Source of the DNA: Bacteroidales bacterium
GTDB lineage: Bacteria > Bacteroidota > Bacteroidia > Bacteroidales > PUMT01
Direction: 5' to 3'
Assembly: GCA_007132365.1 (NCBI GenBank)
Contig: SLOS01000028.1
Location: 1 to 36,283, forward strand
DNA length: 36,283 bases
In this document: piece by piece, positions 9,509 through 18,050 of the stretch
How the letters are laid out: each line of letters starts with the position of its first letter
Position numbering within the stretch: position 1 is the stretch's first letter
Made by a program: the position numbers and the translations under genes
Notes under the pieces: model-generated
Database searches by the model: none
What the model was told of the DNA's origin: nothing
Seen by the model: only the letters and a program-made list of their open reading frames with translations

Positions 9509-11344
9509 TTATTCAACCGTTACAGATTTGGCAAGATTGCGTGGCTGATCAATATTACATCCCCTCAATACGGCAATGTGGTATGAGAATAACTGCAGCG
9601 GGATAACGGAAAGCAAGGCTGAAAAAATAATGTTGGTTGAAGGAACCTCAATGATGTGGTCGGCCATTGAAGCTATCTGCTCATCCCCCTCACTGACGAT
9701 GGCAATGACAATGCCTTTGCGCGCTTTTATTTCCTGAATGTTGCTGACGATCTTTTCGTATGATTTATCCCTGATCCCGATCACCACGACTGGCATATTA
9801 TCATCAATCAGCGCAATGGGTCCGTGCTTCATCTCGGCAGCCGGATATCCTTCAGCATGAATATATGATATCTCTTTTAGCTTAAGCGCTCCTTCCAGGG
9901 CAACCGGGAAACAATAACCCCTTCCAATATAGAGCATGCTGCATGCATCTTTGAATCCGGCGGCTATAGCCTTAATTTCTGCATCCTGCTCCAGCAGAAC
10001 CTTTATTTTAGAAGGTATTGAATGCATTTCCCCGATAAGGGAACGGTATTTATCTTCCGTGATCAGCTCACGTTTATATCCGAGAAGGAGGGCAATCATG
10101 GTAAGAACGGTTATCTGTGCAGTGAAGGCTTTGGTAGAGGCTACACCTATCTCAATGCCCGCATGCGTATAAACTCCCGCGTGAGTCTCACGTGATAAAC
10201 CCGAGCCTGTGACATTGCAGATACCCAGCACCAGTGCGCCGGCATCCTTTGCCAGTTTCACGGCGGCAAGGGTATCGGCCGTTTCGCCGCTCTGGGATAT
10301 GGCGATGACTATGTCTTCAGGGTCCAGTATGGGATCCCTGTACCTGAACTCTGAGGCATACTCCACCTCAACCGGTATGCGGGCGAGGTCCTCAATAAGA
10401 TATTCACCGATCAGGGCCGCATGCCAGGAGGTGCCGCAAGCCACGATTATTATCCGGCGGGCATTTTGAAGCTGGGGTAGCACATTATGCAGTCCGCCAA
10501 GTTTTATATCACTCTGGTCGGGAACAAGCCTGCCCCTGAAAGTATCAGTAATTGAACGCGGTTGCTCAAAGATCTCTTTCAGCATATAGTGGTCAAAGCC
10601 ATCCTTTTCATACTCGCCGGTTTCAATATTCAGGTTTTGAAGCTTTAATTTAGGCTCGTCAACCTGCAGGGTTTTAAGTATGAGCTCGTCCTTTTTGATT
10701 ATCGCAACATCATTGTCGCTTAGATAAATGACCGATTTGGTATACTCAGCAATGGGAGAGGCATCGGAGGCAATGAAATATTCGCTGTTGCCTATACCGA
10801 TGACAAGGGGACTGCTGCAACGGGCGGCAATAAGCTGATCTGGCTCATCCCTGCAGATGACAACCAGTCCGTATGTCCCCACCACCTTGGTTAGCGCAAG
10901 CCTGACGGCTGCTTCAGCCTTAATATCACCACTGAGGTAAATATGCTCAATCAGGTTTGCAAGAACCTCTGTATCGGTATCCGATGCGAATGAATAACCA
11001 TTTCTTTCCAGCTCCTTTTTGAGCAGATCATAATTTTCTATTATCCCGTTGTGGATAATTATAATATGGCCGTTTTGGGAGGTGTGGGGGTGGGCGTTGA
11101 TATCGTTTGGCTCTCCGTGGGTGGCCCATCGGGTATGTCCTATACCCACACTGCCGGTTATATCTTTTCCTCTTATATGATCTTCAAGATCCTGTATCTT
11201 CCCCTTGCATTTATATACTTTCGGGGTTCCGTCTAAAATTGAAATCCCGGCAGAGTCATAACCCCGGTATTCAAGCCTTTTCAGTCCGTTAATGAGTACA
11301 GGATAGGCCGGATTTGGACCTATATAGCCGATTATTCCGCACAT
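9509..11344 (-). CDS. glmS: Glutamine--fructose-6-phosphate aminotransferase (isomerising)
   Basis: 611 aa. N-terminal nucleophile MCGIIGY, two SIS domains, canonical C-terminus NLAKSVTVE. Confidence 0.97.
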   Translation of the reverse strand: MCGIIGYIGPNPAYPVLINGLKRLEYRGYDSAGISILDGTPKVYKCKGKIQDLEDHIRGKDITGSVGIGHTRWATHGEPNDINAHPHTSQNGHIIIIHNGIIENYDLLKKELERNGYSFASDTDTEVLANLIEHIYLSGDIKAEAAVRLALTKVVGTYGLVVICRDEPDQLIAARCSSPLVIGIGNSEYFIASDASPIAEYTKSVIYLSDNDVAIIKKDELILKTLQVDEPKLKLQNLNIETGEYEKDGFDHYMLKEIFEQPRSITDTFRGRLVPDQSDIKLGGLHNVLPQLQNARRIIIVACGTSWHAALIGEYLIEDLARIPVEVEYASEFRYRDPILDPEDIVIAISQSGETADTLAAVKLAKDAGALVLGICNVTGSGLSRETHAGVYTHAGIEIGVASTKAFTAQITVLTMIALLLGYKRELITEDKYRSLIGEMHSIPSKIKVLLEQDAEIKAIAAGFKDACSMLYIGRGYCFPVALEGALKLKEISYIHAEGYPAAEMKHGPIALIDDNMPVVVIGIRDKSYEKIVSNIQEIKARKGIVIAIVSEGDEQIASMADHIIEVPSTNIIFSALLSVIPLQLFSYHIAVLRGCNIDQPRNLAKSVTVE

Positions 11345-11421
11345 ATTTCAATGTTTTTGTTCAGGTAATCCCCGGCCGGCCCGCATCTAAACGATCATAT
11401 TAAGGGCCTTGCATGATTTTA

Positions 11422-12735
11422 TCAGTGTCTCGTGTAGATCATCTCGAGCCTGGCTCCCCCCAGGGAGTGTTTACTGTTCCTGAAAACAACCCTGTTGGGT
11501 GTCGTACCCGACTCCCTGGTACTCACATAAAGTGATTTATCTGTCCTTTTTCCGCGCACAAAAGCCTGGACCCAGTTAGTGATGTTCATTTCGTAATAAC
11601 CCTGTTCAGAATTATAGGTGCCACCAAAATACTGATCTCCAAGTGCCAGATCGATAGTACCGAAAAGCCGGCCTTCATCATCTTTTTCAAGCAGTGCTAT
11701 CCTGTTCGGCAAAGGATATTGTTCATCAATCGCTGTCTGATCCACAGGCAAATACAGCCGGGCCATGTTAATGCTCACAGGCATGGAGTCCCGCCATGTC
11801 TGGAGAAAATCAAAGTCAAGTCGTCCCATCACTCCGGCAGTACCCTGCACATAATAGACTGAGTCGTCCGTTCCCGTCTGCGATAAAACATCATAGAAAA
11901 CTGCCTCAGAATAGTCATGCTTAAAAAGATTTACCCTGGGTATCCCCTGGTTGATGACAAAATCATACCTGAAACTGGTATCGGGAGTATCATTCCTGTA
12001 GTAGAGGGAAAGTTTCGAGTCCGGATGGTTAAGGTTAACGGTAAAAATAGAGCCATCTCCGTCCACCGGGTCAGCCTTTACATATACTCCTTTAAAATAT
12101 TCGAGAAATTGCGCAAACGACACTGTAGCACTGTCAGGTGCAAAAAGAAGCTTATCCTGGAACCTTGTGCTGGTTATAGGAATGGCAATCAGTGTATCGC
12201 CCTCCTCCGGATTTATGGTATGGGCAGCCAGCACATCGGACTCGTAAATGATTTCCTCTGCGTCAAAATTGGAATAATAGCTGGTCTGCTCATCAATATC
12301 CTCTTTGATCTCATAGACCGTAATCTCCTGCGGCCCGTAATTTCCGCCATAGGTTCTGCTATAAAACAGATACAGGATAAGTGAATCGGCAACCCGGTCG
12401 GAGCCGAAATCAATCGGATTCCAGATTCTGATCTGAGTAAGGAAAGAGGCGTATAATCTGCCGAACAGGGGATCGTCCATAACGCCGAGCAATGAAACGG
12501 AATGGTTGAGTGCAGGGACTGAATCCATTTCCCAGACCGAGGTGTTTATCATCTCATCCCGGTAGGAATTAACAACGAACCTGTCGCCCGGGGGCTGCAC
12601 CTCCAGTCCCACAAAACTTGGATCATCACATGAGGTAAACGTGAGAAGAAAAGATAAAAACAGCAGAAAAAAAGTTGCATATGACCCTTTCACCAAAAAC
12701 CTGAACCCTTGAACTAAAAAATTATTTCGATACAT
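11422..12735 (-). CDS. DUF4270-family lipoprotein, function unknown
   Basis: The ORF track starts at a TTG (12738), and the ATG one codon later (12735) is more likely. Signal peptide with lipobox (LLTFTSCDD). The position between glmS and the short glycogen-synthase-like gene is the usual Bacteroidota neighbourhood for DUF4270. Confidence 0.7.
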   Translation of the reverse strand: MYRNNFLVQGFRFLVKGSYATFFLLFLSFLLTFTSCDDPSFVGLEVQPPGDRFVVNSYRDEMINTSVWEMDSVPALNHSVSLLGVMDDPLFGRLYASFLTQIRIWNPIDFGSDRVADSLILYLFYSRTYGGNYGPQEITVYEIKEDIDEQTSYYSNFDAEEIIYESDVLAAHTINPEEGDTLIAIPITSTRFQDKLLFAPDSATVSFAQFLEYFKGVYVKADPVDGDGSIFTVNLNHPDSKLSLYYRNDTPDTSFRYDFVINQGIPRVNLFKHDYSEAVFYDVLSQTGTDDSVYYVQGTAGVMGRLDFDFLQTWRDSMPVSINMARLYLPVDQTAIDEQYPLPNRIALLEKDDEGRLFGTIDLALGDQYFGGTYNSEQGYYEMNITNWVQAFVRGKRTDKSLYVSTRESGTTPNRVVFRNSKHSLGGARLEMIYTRH

Positions 12736-13549
12736 CAAAAGACCCGTTTAAAATATTATCATAAAAGTCTGAGTATAGATCAACGTATTCTTCCGCAGCC
12801 TGGTATTCCAAAACCGGTTTATTTTGCTTCATCACATGATCTTTCAGTACAGAATCAATACTCTCCGAACCGATGATTATGCCGTCGGCATTAGCTATCG
12901 CCAGTTTTGAAAGATTGATGTAACTTGGAGGGTTAAGAATGCTGACATCTTTATCGGAAATTCCCTCAAGCATCATTTTTTTCCTGATACTTTTGTTAAG
13001 TGGTTCGGGAAAATTATCATCGTACACAGAGTAAATTATCCTGGACTGCTGGAAAAGGGGATCTTCACGGTAAGTTTTCTTCAGGTAGAGAGGCACAAGC
13101 GAGGTGAACCATCCGTGACAATGAACAATATCGGGCGCCCAGCGCAGTTTCTTGACCGTCTCCAGAACGCCGCGGGTAAAAAATATCAGCCTCTCATCAT
13201 TATCCTTGAAATAAACTCCATCCTCATCGGCAAAGGTGTTTTTTCTTTGAAAATAATCCTCGTTGTCAATGAAGTATACCTGCATTCTTGCACATTGAAT
13301 CGAAGCCACCTTGATGATAAGGGGGTGATCAGTATCGTCTATTATCAGGTTCATCCCCGACAGGCGGATCACCTCGTGAAGCTGATTGCGCCTCTCATTT
13401 ACACAACCATACCTTGGCATAAAGGTGCGTATCTCCCGCCCGCGCTCCTGAACTCCCTGAGGCAGATTCCTCCCGATAACAGACATTTCCGAATCAGGAA
13501 GATAAGGGCTTATCTCCTGGGAAATATAAAGAACCTTTGTCTTTTCCAT
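12722..13549 (-). CDS. Half-length glycogen/starch-synthase-like protein (GT5 N-terminal Rossmann domain only)
   Basis: 275 aa. KVLYISQEISPYLPDSEMSVIGRNLPQGVQERGREIRTFMPRYG and VHCHGWFTSLVPLYLK resemble the N-terminal half of GlgA. No C-terminal GT1 domain is present. Overlaps the DUF4270 start by 14 nt. Confidence 0.8.
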   Translation of the reverse strand: MEKTKVLYISQEISPYLPDSEMSVIGRNLPQGVQERGREIRTFMPRYGCVNERRNQLHEVIRLSGMNLIIDDTDHPLIIKVASIQCARMQVYFIDNEDYFQRKNTFADEDGVYFKDNDERLIFFTRGVLETVKKLRWAPDIVHCHGWFTSLVPLYLKKTYREDPLFQQSRIIYSVYDDNFPEPLNKSIRKKMMLEGISDKDVSILNPPSYINLSKLAIANADGIIIGSESIDSVLKDHVMKQNKPVLEYQAAEEYVDLYSDFYDNILNGSFDVSK

Positions 13550-13823
13550 CTAACCACCTGAATTAAAAAAATACGGAACACCCAGCTTTATTATGCAGTA
13601 AAAAAGAATTAATCATTAGTCGTGTGTTCCATTGCTTTGCACAGTTATGTCACTGAATTAAAGTGCAGAAACTGATTATACGCTCCAAATCCTGACAAAT
13701 GCAAAGATAATAAAAATATTCTATAACTCAATCGGCCGAATCTGCCTAATAGCTTCTAAATAGAAAACCCCCGGCTGAGGCTGAGGGCAGCATAAATAAT
13801 AAATATAAGTATCTTAGCAGAAT

Positions 13824-13831
13824 TAAATTTG
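13824..13831 (+). promoter_or_regulatory. Candidate -7 promoter box for panCD
   Basis: TAAATTTG fits TAnnTTTG and ends 9 nt before the panC ATG, which would imply a very short leader. Motif match only. Confidence 0.3.
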
Positions 13832-13839
13832 TCCGCAAA

Positions 13840-14697
13840 ATGATACTTGCCAGAACGCTCAGGGATGCCGGTTCATTTCTGTTCAAAATGAGGGAGGATA
13901 AGAGGTCTGTGGGACTGGTGCCCACAATGGGGGCTCTCCACAGGGGGCACCTTTCGCTTATCGAATGCTGCAATTCTGAAAATGCGGCTACGGTGGTCTC
14001 TATTTTTGTAAATCCTACACAATTCAATGATCCCAAAGACCTTAAGAACTATCCCCGCAACCTGGAAAGAGATATCAGTATGCTGAGGGAATCGGGTTGC
14101 GACATGTTGTTTGTACCCGGTATAAAAACCATCTATCCCCGGCCCGATTTGAGGATTTTTGATTTTGGGGGTCTCGAACGCAGGATGGAAGGGCAGTTCC
14201 GTCCCGGCCATTTTAACGGTGTAGCCCAGGTTGTGAGCCGCCTGTTTGATATAATCAAACCTGACAGGGCATATTTTGGTAAAAAGGATATCCAGCAACT
14301 GGCTATAATCCGCAAATTGACAGCCATGCTCAATTCAAATGTTGAAATAAGGGCCTGTGAGACCCTCAGGGAGGATGACGGACTGGCGATGAGTTCCAGG
14401 AATGTTCTGCTGAGTGCCGGAGAACGCGAAAATGCAGCCATCATAAACCGGACTCTCAGGGAAGCTGTCCGGAAAAAGGGAATGGAGGTGTGCGAGCTGA
14501 AGCAGTGGGTTGCAGATGTCATCAATAATAATCCGTTCCTTGAGCTTGAATATTTTGAAATAGTGGGCAGCAGCGACCTTCAACCGGTAAACCACTGGGC
14601 CGGCACTGAAGATGAATTAGTTGCCTGCATTGCGGTCCGCGCCGGCAGAATTCGTTTGATCGATAATGTTTTTTTTTCTAATTTTGCCTCATTATGA
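13840..14697 (+). CDS. panC: Pantoate--beta-alanine ligase
   Basis: 285 aa. [18 protein letters not shown] (HxGH-type loop), [17 protein letters not shown]. Confidence 0.95.
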   Translation: MILARTLRDAGSFLFKMREDKRSVGLVPTMGALHRGHLSLIECCNSENAATVVSIFVNPTQFNDPKDLKNYPRNLERDISMLRESGCDMLFVPGIKTIYPRPDLRIFDFGGLERRMEGQFRPGHFNGVAQVVSRLFDIIKPDRAYFGKKDIQQLAIIRKLTAMLNSNVEIRACETLREDDGLAMSSRNVLLSAGERENAAIINRTLREAVRKKGMEVCELKQWVADVINNNPFLELEYFEIVGSSDLQPVNHWAGTEDELVACIAVRAGRIRLIDNVFFSNFASL

Positions 14698-15050
14698 TGA
14701 TAGAGATACTTAAATCAAAGATCCACAGGGTAACTGTTACAGAAGCAGATCTCAATTACGTCGGAAGCATAACTATTGATGAGGATCTGATGGATGCTGC
14801 CAACCTGATAGAAAATGAAAAGGTACAGGTGGTGAACATCAATAACGGTGAACGTCTTGAAACCTATGTCATAAAAGGTGAGAGAGGCAGCGGACAAATC
14901 GGCATGAATGGCCCGGCAGCAAGGAAGATGGCGATCGGAGATATCATTATTATCATATCCTATGCCATGATGGACAGCGAAGAAGCACGCTCGTTCGAAC
15001 CCCTGCTGGTATTTCCCGAAACACTGACCAACAAACTTATCACCGGATAA
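14694..15050 (+). CDS. panD: Aspartate 1-decarboxylase proenzyme
   Basis: 118 aa. [23 protein letters not shown] with the Gly24-Ser25 self-cleavage site. ATGA overlap with panC. Confidence 0.95.
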   Translation: MMIEILKSKIHRVTVTEADLNYVGSITIDEDLMDAANLIENEKVQVVNINNGERLETYVIKGERGSGQIGMNGPAARKMAIGDIIIIISYAMMDSEEARSFEPLLVFPETLTNKLITG

Positions 15051-16106
15051 TTGAGAAAAAAAATTGTAAATGTTGCCAGGATACTCCTTTTCCTTTCGAT
15101 TGGGATTATTCTGCTGATTATTGCTTTCAGGGACATAAGCCTTGAAGATCTGGTTCTCGGACTCAGGTCTGCAAACTATTCCTGGGTCCTGCTATCGCTG
15201 ACATTCGCCTTCCTTGCATTCATAAGCAGGACATACAGATGGATACTCCTGATTGAGCCGCTGGGATACAAACCCTCTCCAGAAAACACATTTTATGCCC
15301 TGATGACAGGCTACCTGGCCAATTTCATCCTGCCCCGGATAGGTGAGATAACCCGTTGCGGCTCGCTGAACCGGACCGAGAGGATCCCGGTGGATTCACT
15401 TATGGGTACGGTTATAACTGAAAGGATAAGTGACCTTATTGCTCTGTTACTGCTGGGGGCATATATCTTTTTCATTGAAATAGGATTTTTCGGCGACTTC
15501 CTGTATAACAATATTATTATCCCTGTTTACCAGAAAATTGCCCCCTGGTTCAGCTTCCACCTGTTCATCTACATTCTGATATTCATCTTCCTGCTGATGC
15601 TTATACTTTTTTACAGGATCATTGCGATATTGCTCAAGAAATACAAGCTTTTCAGGAGATTTGAAAAAATTACGGGCAGTATTTTTGCAGGGATGAAGTC
15701 AGTTTTTAAAATGAAGAAAACAGGCTGGTTCCTGGCACACACCATTTTTATCTGGCTGATGTATTACCTTATGACATGGGCTGTTTTCAGGGCGTTGCCG
15801 GCGACTGCCGGACTGGGGGGGAATGCTGTTTTGTTCATACTGGTAATCGGGGGACTGGGTATAGCGGCTCCTGTACAGGGAGGTATTGGGGCCTATCACT
15901 GGATAGTGAGCGTCGGGCTGGGCCTTTATGGTATTTCCAGGGAAGAGGGGCTGGTATATGCAACCCTTTCACATGAGTCCCAGGCCCTTTTGATGATCGT
16001 GCTGGGCTTACTTTCAATATTTATTATATTTTTGAAAAAGAAAGAAAAATCGCGACCTGTTGTACTAACCTCCTTACCTGACGAAAAAAGCCACCGGAAT
16101 GAGTAA
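15051..16106 (+). CDS. UPF0104 / lysylphosphatidylglycerol-synthase-TM-region (flippase-like) membrane protein
   Basis: 351 aa, about 8 hydrophobic helices, Lys-rich N-terminus. Begins at a TTG immediately after the panD stop, so the start is uncertain. Family call is by overall pattern only. Confidence 0.65.
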   Translation: MRKKIVNVARILLFLSIGIILLIIAFRDISLEDLVLGLRSANYSWVLLSLTFAFLAFISRTYRWILLIEPLGYKPSPENTFYALMTGYLANFILPRIGEITRCGSLNRTERIPVDSLMGTVITERISDLIALLLLGAYIFFIEIGFFGDFLYNNIIIPVYQKIAPWFSFHLFIYILIFIFLLMLILFYRIIAILLKKYKLFRRFEKITGSIFAGMKSVFKMKKTGWFLAHTIFIWLMYYLMTWAVFRALPATAGLGGNAVLFILVIGGLGIAAPVQGGIGAYHWIVSVGLGLYGISREEGLVYATLSHESQALLMIVLGLLSIFIIFLKKKEKSRPVVLTSLPDEKSHRNE

Positions 16107-16584
16107 AAAAAATATTATAGAGTCGAAGATCCTCAAAGGGGAACAGATAGACCGGATGCTGGCCTACTGGAGTTTCAGGGACTACAGCATCGTGTTCACC
16201 AACGGTTGCTTTGATATATTGCATAAGGGGCATTTGGATTTCCTGGCAAGGGCATCGGACCTGGGCGATGTGCTGGTTGTCGGGCTCAACACAGACCGGT
16301 CGATAAGTGCCATAAAAGGTCGGGGACGTCCCATGCTGGATCAAAAAAGCAGGACACTGCTCCTTGCATCACTCTCCTTTGTTACCGCAGTTATACTGTT
16401 TGACCAGGAAACACCGGTAGAGCTGATCAGGCAGGTGCGACCCGACATTCTTGTCAAGGGCAGTGATTACAAGCTGGAGGAGATCGTGGGCCGGGAAATC
16501 GTAACGGAAATGGGCGGGAAAGTTTTTACCCTTGACATTGTCAAGGGGTATTCCACATCGTCTATAATACAAGGATTAAGGTAA
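16099..16584 (+). CDS. Stand-alone RfaE-domain-II-like cytidylyl/adenylyltransferase
   Basis: 161 aa. GCFDILHKGHLDFL (HxGH), VVGLNTDRSISAIKGRGRPML, PDILVKGSDY. 8-nt overlap with the upstream membrane-protein gene. Confidence 0.8.
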   Translation: MSKKNIIESKILKGEQIDRMLAYWSFRDYSIVFTNGCFDILHKGHLDFLARASDLGDVLVVGLNTDRSISAIKGRGRPMLDQKSRTLLLASLSFVTAVILFDQETPVELIRQVRPDILVKGSDYKLEEIVGREIVTEMGGKVFTLDIVKGYSTSSIIQGLR

Positions 16585-16616
16585 CGACAGGTTAAACTGC
16601 CTGCGGGCAAAAGGAT

Positions 16617-17978
16617 ATGGCAAAGACAAAAACAGTATTTATCTGCCAGAACTGCGGAGTCGAATCTCCCAAGTGGATAGGCCGCTGCCCCTCCTGCAGT
16701 GAATGGAACAGTTATGTGGAGGAGGTTATACCTGGTATTGCAAAAAAGTCAACCCGGGGCATGCGTTCAGCGGCAGTGCCGGAACTGATCTCGGAGATCC
16801 CTTCAGCAGATCAGCCGCGAATCAACACCCACAGCCGGGAATTCAACCGTATACTGGGAGGAGGCATTGTACCCGGGTCTGTGATCCTTATAGGAGGCGA
16901 ACCCGGTATCGGTAAATCCACCCTTGCGCTGCAGCTTGCCATGCAAATGCCCGCCTTAAAAACACTGTATATCTCAGGCGAGGAAAGCAGCAGGCAGATA
17001 AAGCTGCGGGCCGACCGCATTGGGCCACAGGAAGGTGATTGCTACATACTGGGCGAAACCAACCTCGAGGCAATATATAATCATCTGAATAATATGAAAC
17101 CCGGTCTTATTATTACAGATTCCGTTCAGACCCTGCAGACGGATAACATTGAATCACCTGCGGGAAGTGTCTCCCAGATCAGGGAGTGTGCTGCGGGACT
17201 GCTGAGGTATGCAAAGGAGACGGCCACACCGGTGCTGCTTATAGGCCATATTACCAAGGAAGGCGGCCTTGCCGGTCCGAAGGTCCTGGAGCATATTGTT
17301 GATGTAGTGCTTCATTTTGAAGGTGATCACAACCATTTTTACCGTGTACTTCGTTCAACAAAGAACCGTTATGGTTCAACATCGGAGATCGGTCTGTACG
17401 AGATGCAGGGCAACGGCCTGAGGGAAGTGGACAACCCCTCCGAAATCCTTATTACCCGGCATGAAGAAGATATCAGCGGTGTGGCCATCTCCGCCATGGT
17501 AGACGGGATGCGCCCCTTTCTTATTGAGATCCAGGCACTGGTAAGCACAGCAGCTTACGGTACCCCCCAGCGGTCATCCACGGGATTCGACCTGCGTCGC
17601 CTGAGCATGCTCCTGGCGGTACTGGAAAAAAGAGCCAGTTTCAGGCTTTCTTCCAAGGATGTTTTTCTGAATGTGGCAGGGGGACTGAAGGTGACAGATC
17701 CCGGAACCGATCTTGCTGTAATTACCGCCATCCTTTCATCGGACACCGATCTGCCTGTTGCCCGGGATATCTGCCTTGCAGGTGAAGTCGGGCTGTCGGG
17801 CGAGATAAGGCCTGTCGGCAGACTGGAGCAGAGAATTTCAGAAGCAGAAAAGATGGGTTTTAAAAAGATAGTGATCTCATCTTTCAATAAAAAGGCGGGG
17901 ATTCAGAAAACCCATAATATAGAGGTCCTGCAGGCGGGAAAAGTGGAACAGCTGATCAGGATGATCCTGAAGCCATGA
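16617..17978 (+). CDS. radA: DNA repair protein RadA/Sms
   Basis: 453 aa. Zinc finger CQNCGVESPKWIGRCPSCSEW, Walker A GGEPGIGKST, KNRFG-type motif STKNRYGS, Lon-like C-terminal domain. Confidence 0.95.
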   Translation: MAKTKTVFICQNCGVESPKWIGRCPSCSEWNSYVEEVIPGIAKKSTRGMRSAAVPELISEIPSADQPRINTHSREFNRILGGGIVPGSVILIGGEPGIGKSTLALQLAMQMPALKTLYISGEESSRQIKLRADRIGPQEGDCYILGETNLEAIYNHLNNMKPGLIITDSVQTLQTDNIESPAGSVSQIRECAAGLLRYAKETATPVLLIGHITKEGGLAGPKVLEHIVDVVLHFEGDHNHFYRVLRSTKNRYGSTSEIGLYEMQGNGLREVDNPSEILITRHEEDISGVAISAMVDGMRPFLIEIQALVSTAAYGTPQRSSTGFDLRRLSMLLAVLEKRASFRLSSKDVFLNVAGGLKVTDPGTDLAVITAILSSDTDLPVARDICLAGEVGLSGEIRPVGRLEQRISEAEKMGFKKIVISSFNKKAGIQKTHNIEVLQAGKVEQLIRMILKP

Positions 17979-18050
17979 TCAGTTACAGAACATAAGCTCG
18001 TCAATCTGCTTCTTCAGAGCCCTCTGAATGATGATGATCCTGAAAACATG

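Noticed and set aside
11345-11421. Possible glmS ribozyme/riboswitch upstream of glmS
   Set aside because: The leader is only 77 nt and shows none of the conserved ribozyme core. That element is characteristic of Gram-positive lineages, not Bacteroidota.
13702-13709. CAAAGATA (TATCTTTG on the minus strand) as a -7 box for the short glycogen-synthase-like gene
   Set aside because: It is a consensus match, but it would imply a leader of about 145 nt. A single 8-mer match in a 290-bp AT-rich region is not enough to call.
13746-14036. 96-aa minus-strand ORF spanning the panC start
   Set aside because: It overlaps the well-supported panC N-terminus in antisense, and the remainder lies in the promoter region.
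18013-18028. Hairpin TTCAGA-gccc-TCTGAA between convergent radA and PBP1A
   Set aside because: It has only a 6-bp stem and no flanking U or A tract, which is too weak for an intrinsic terminator call.
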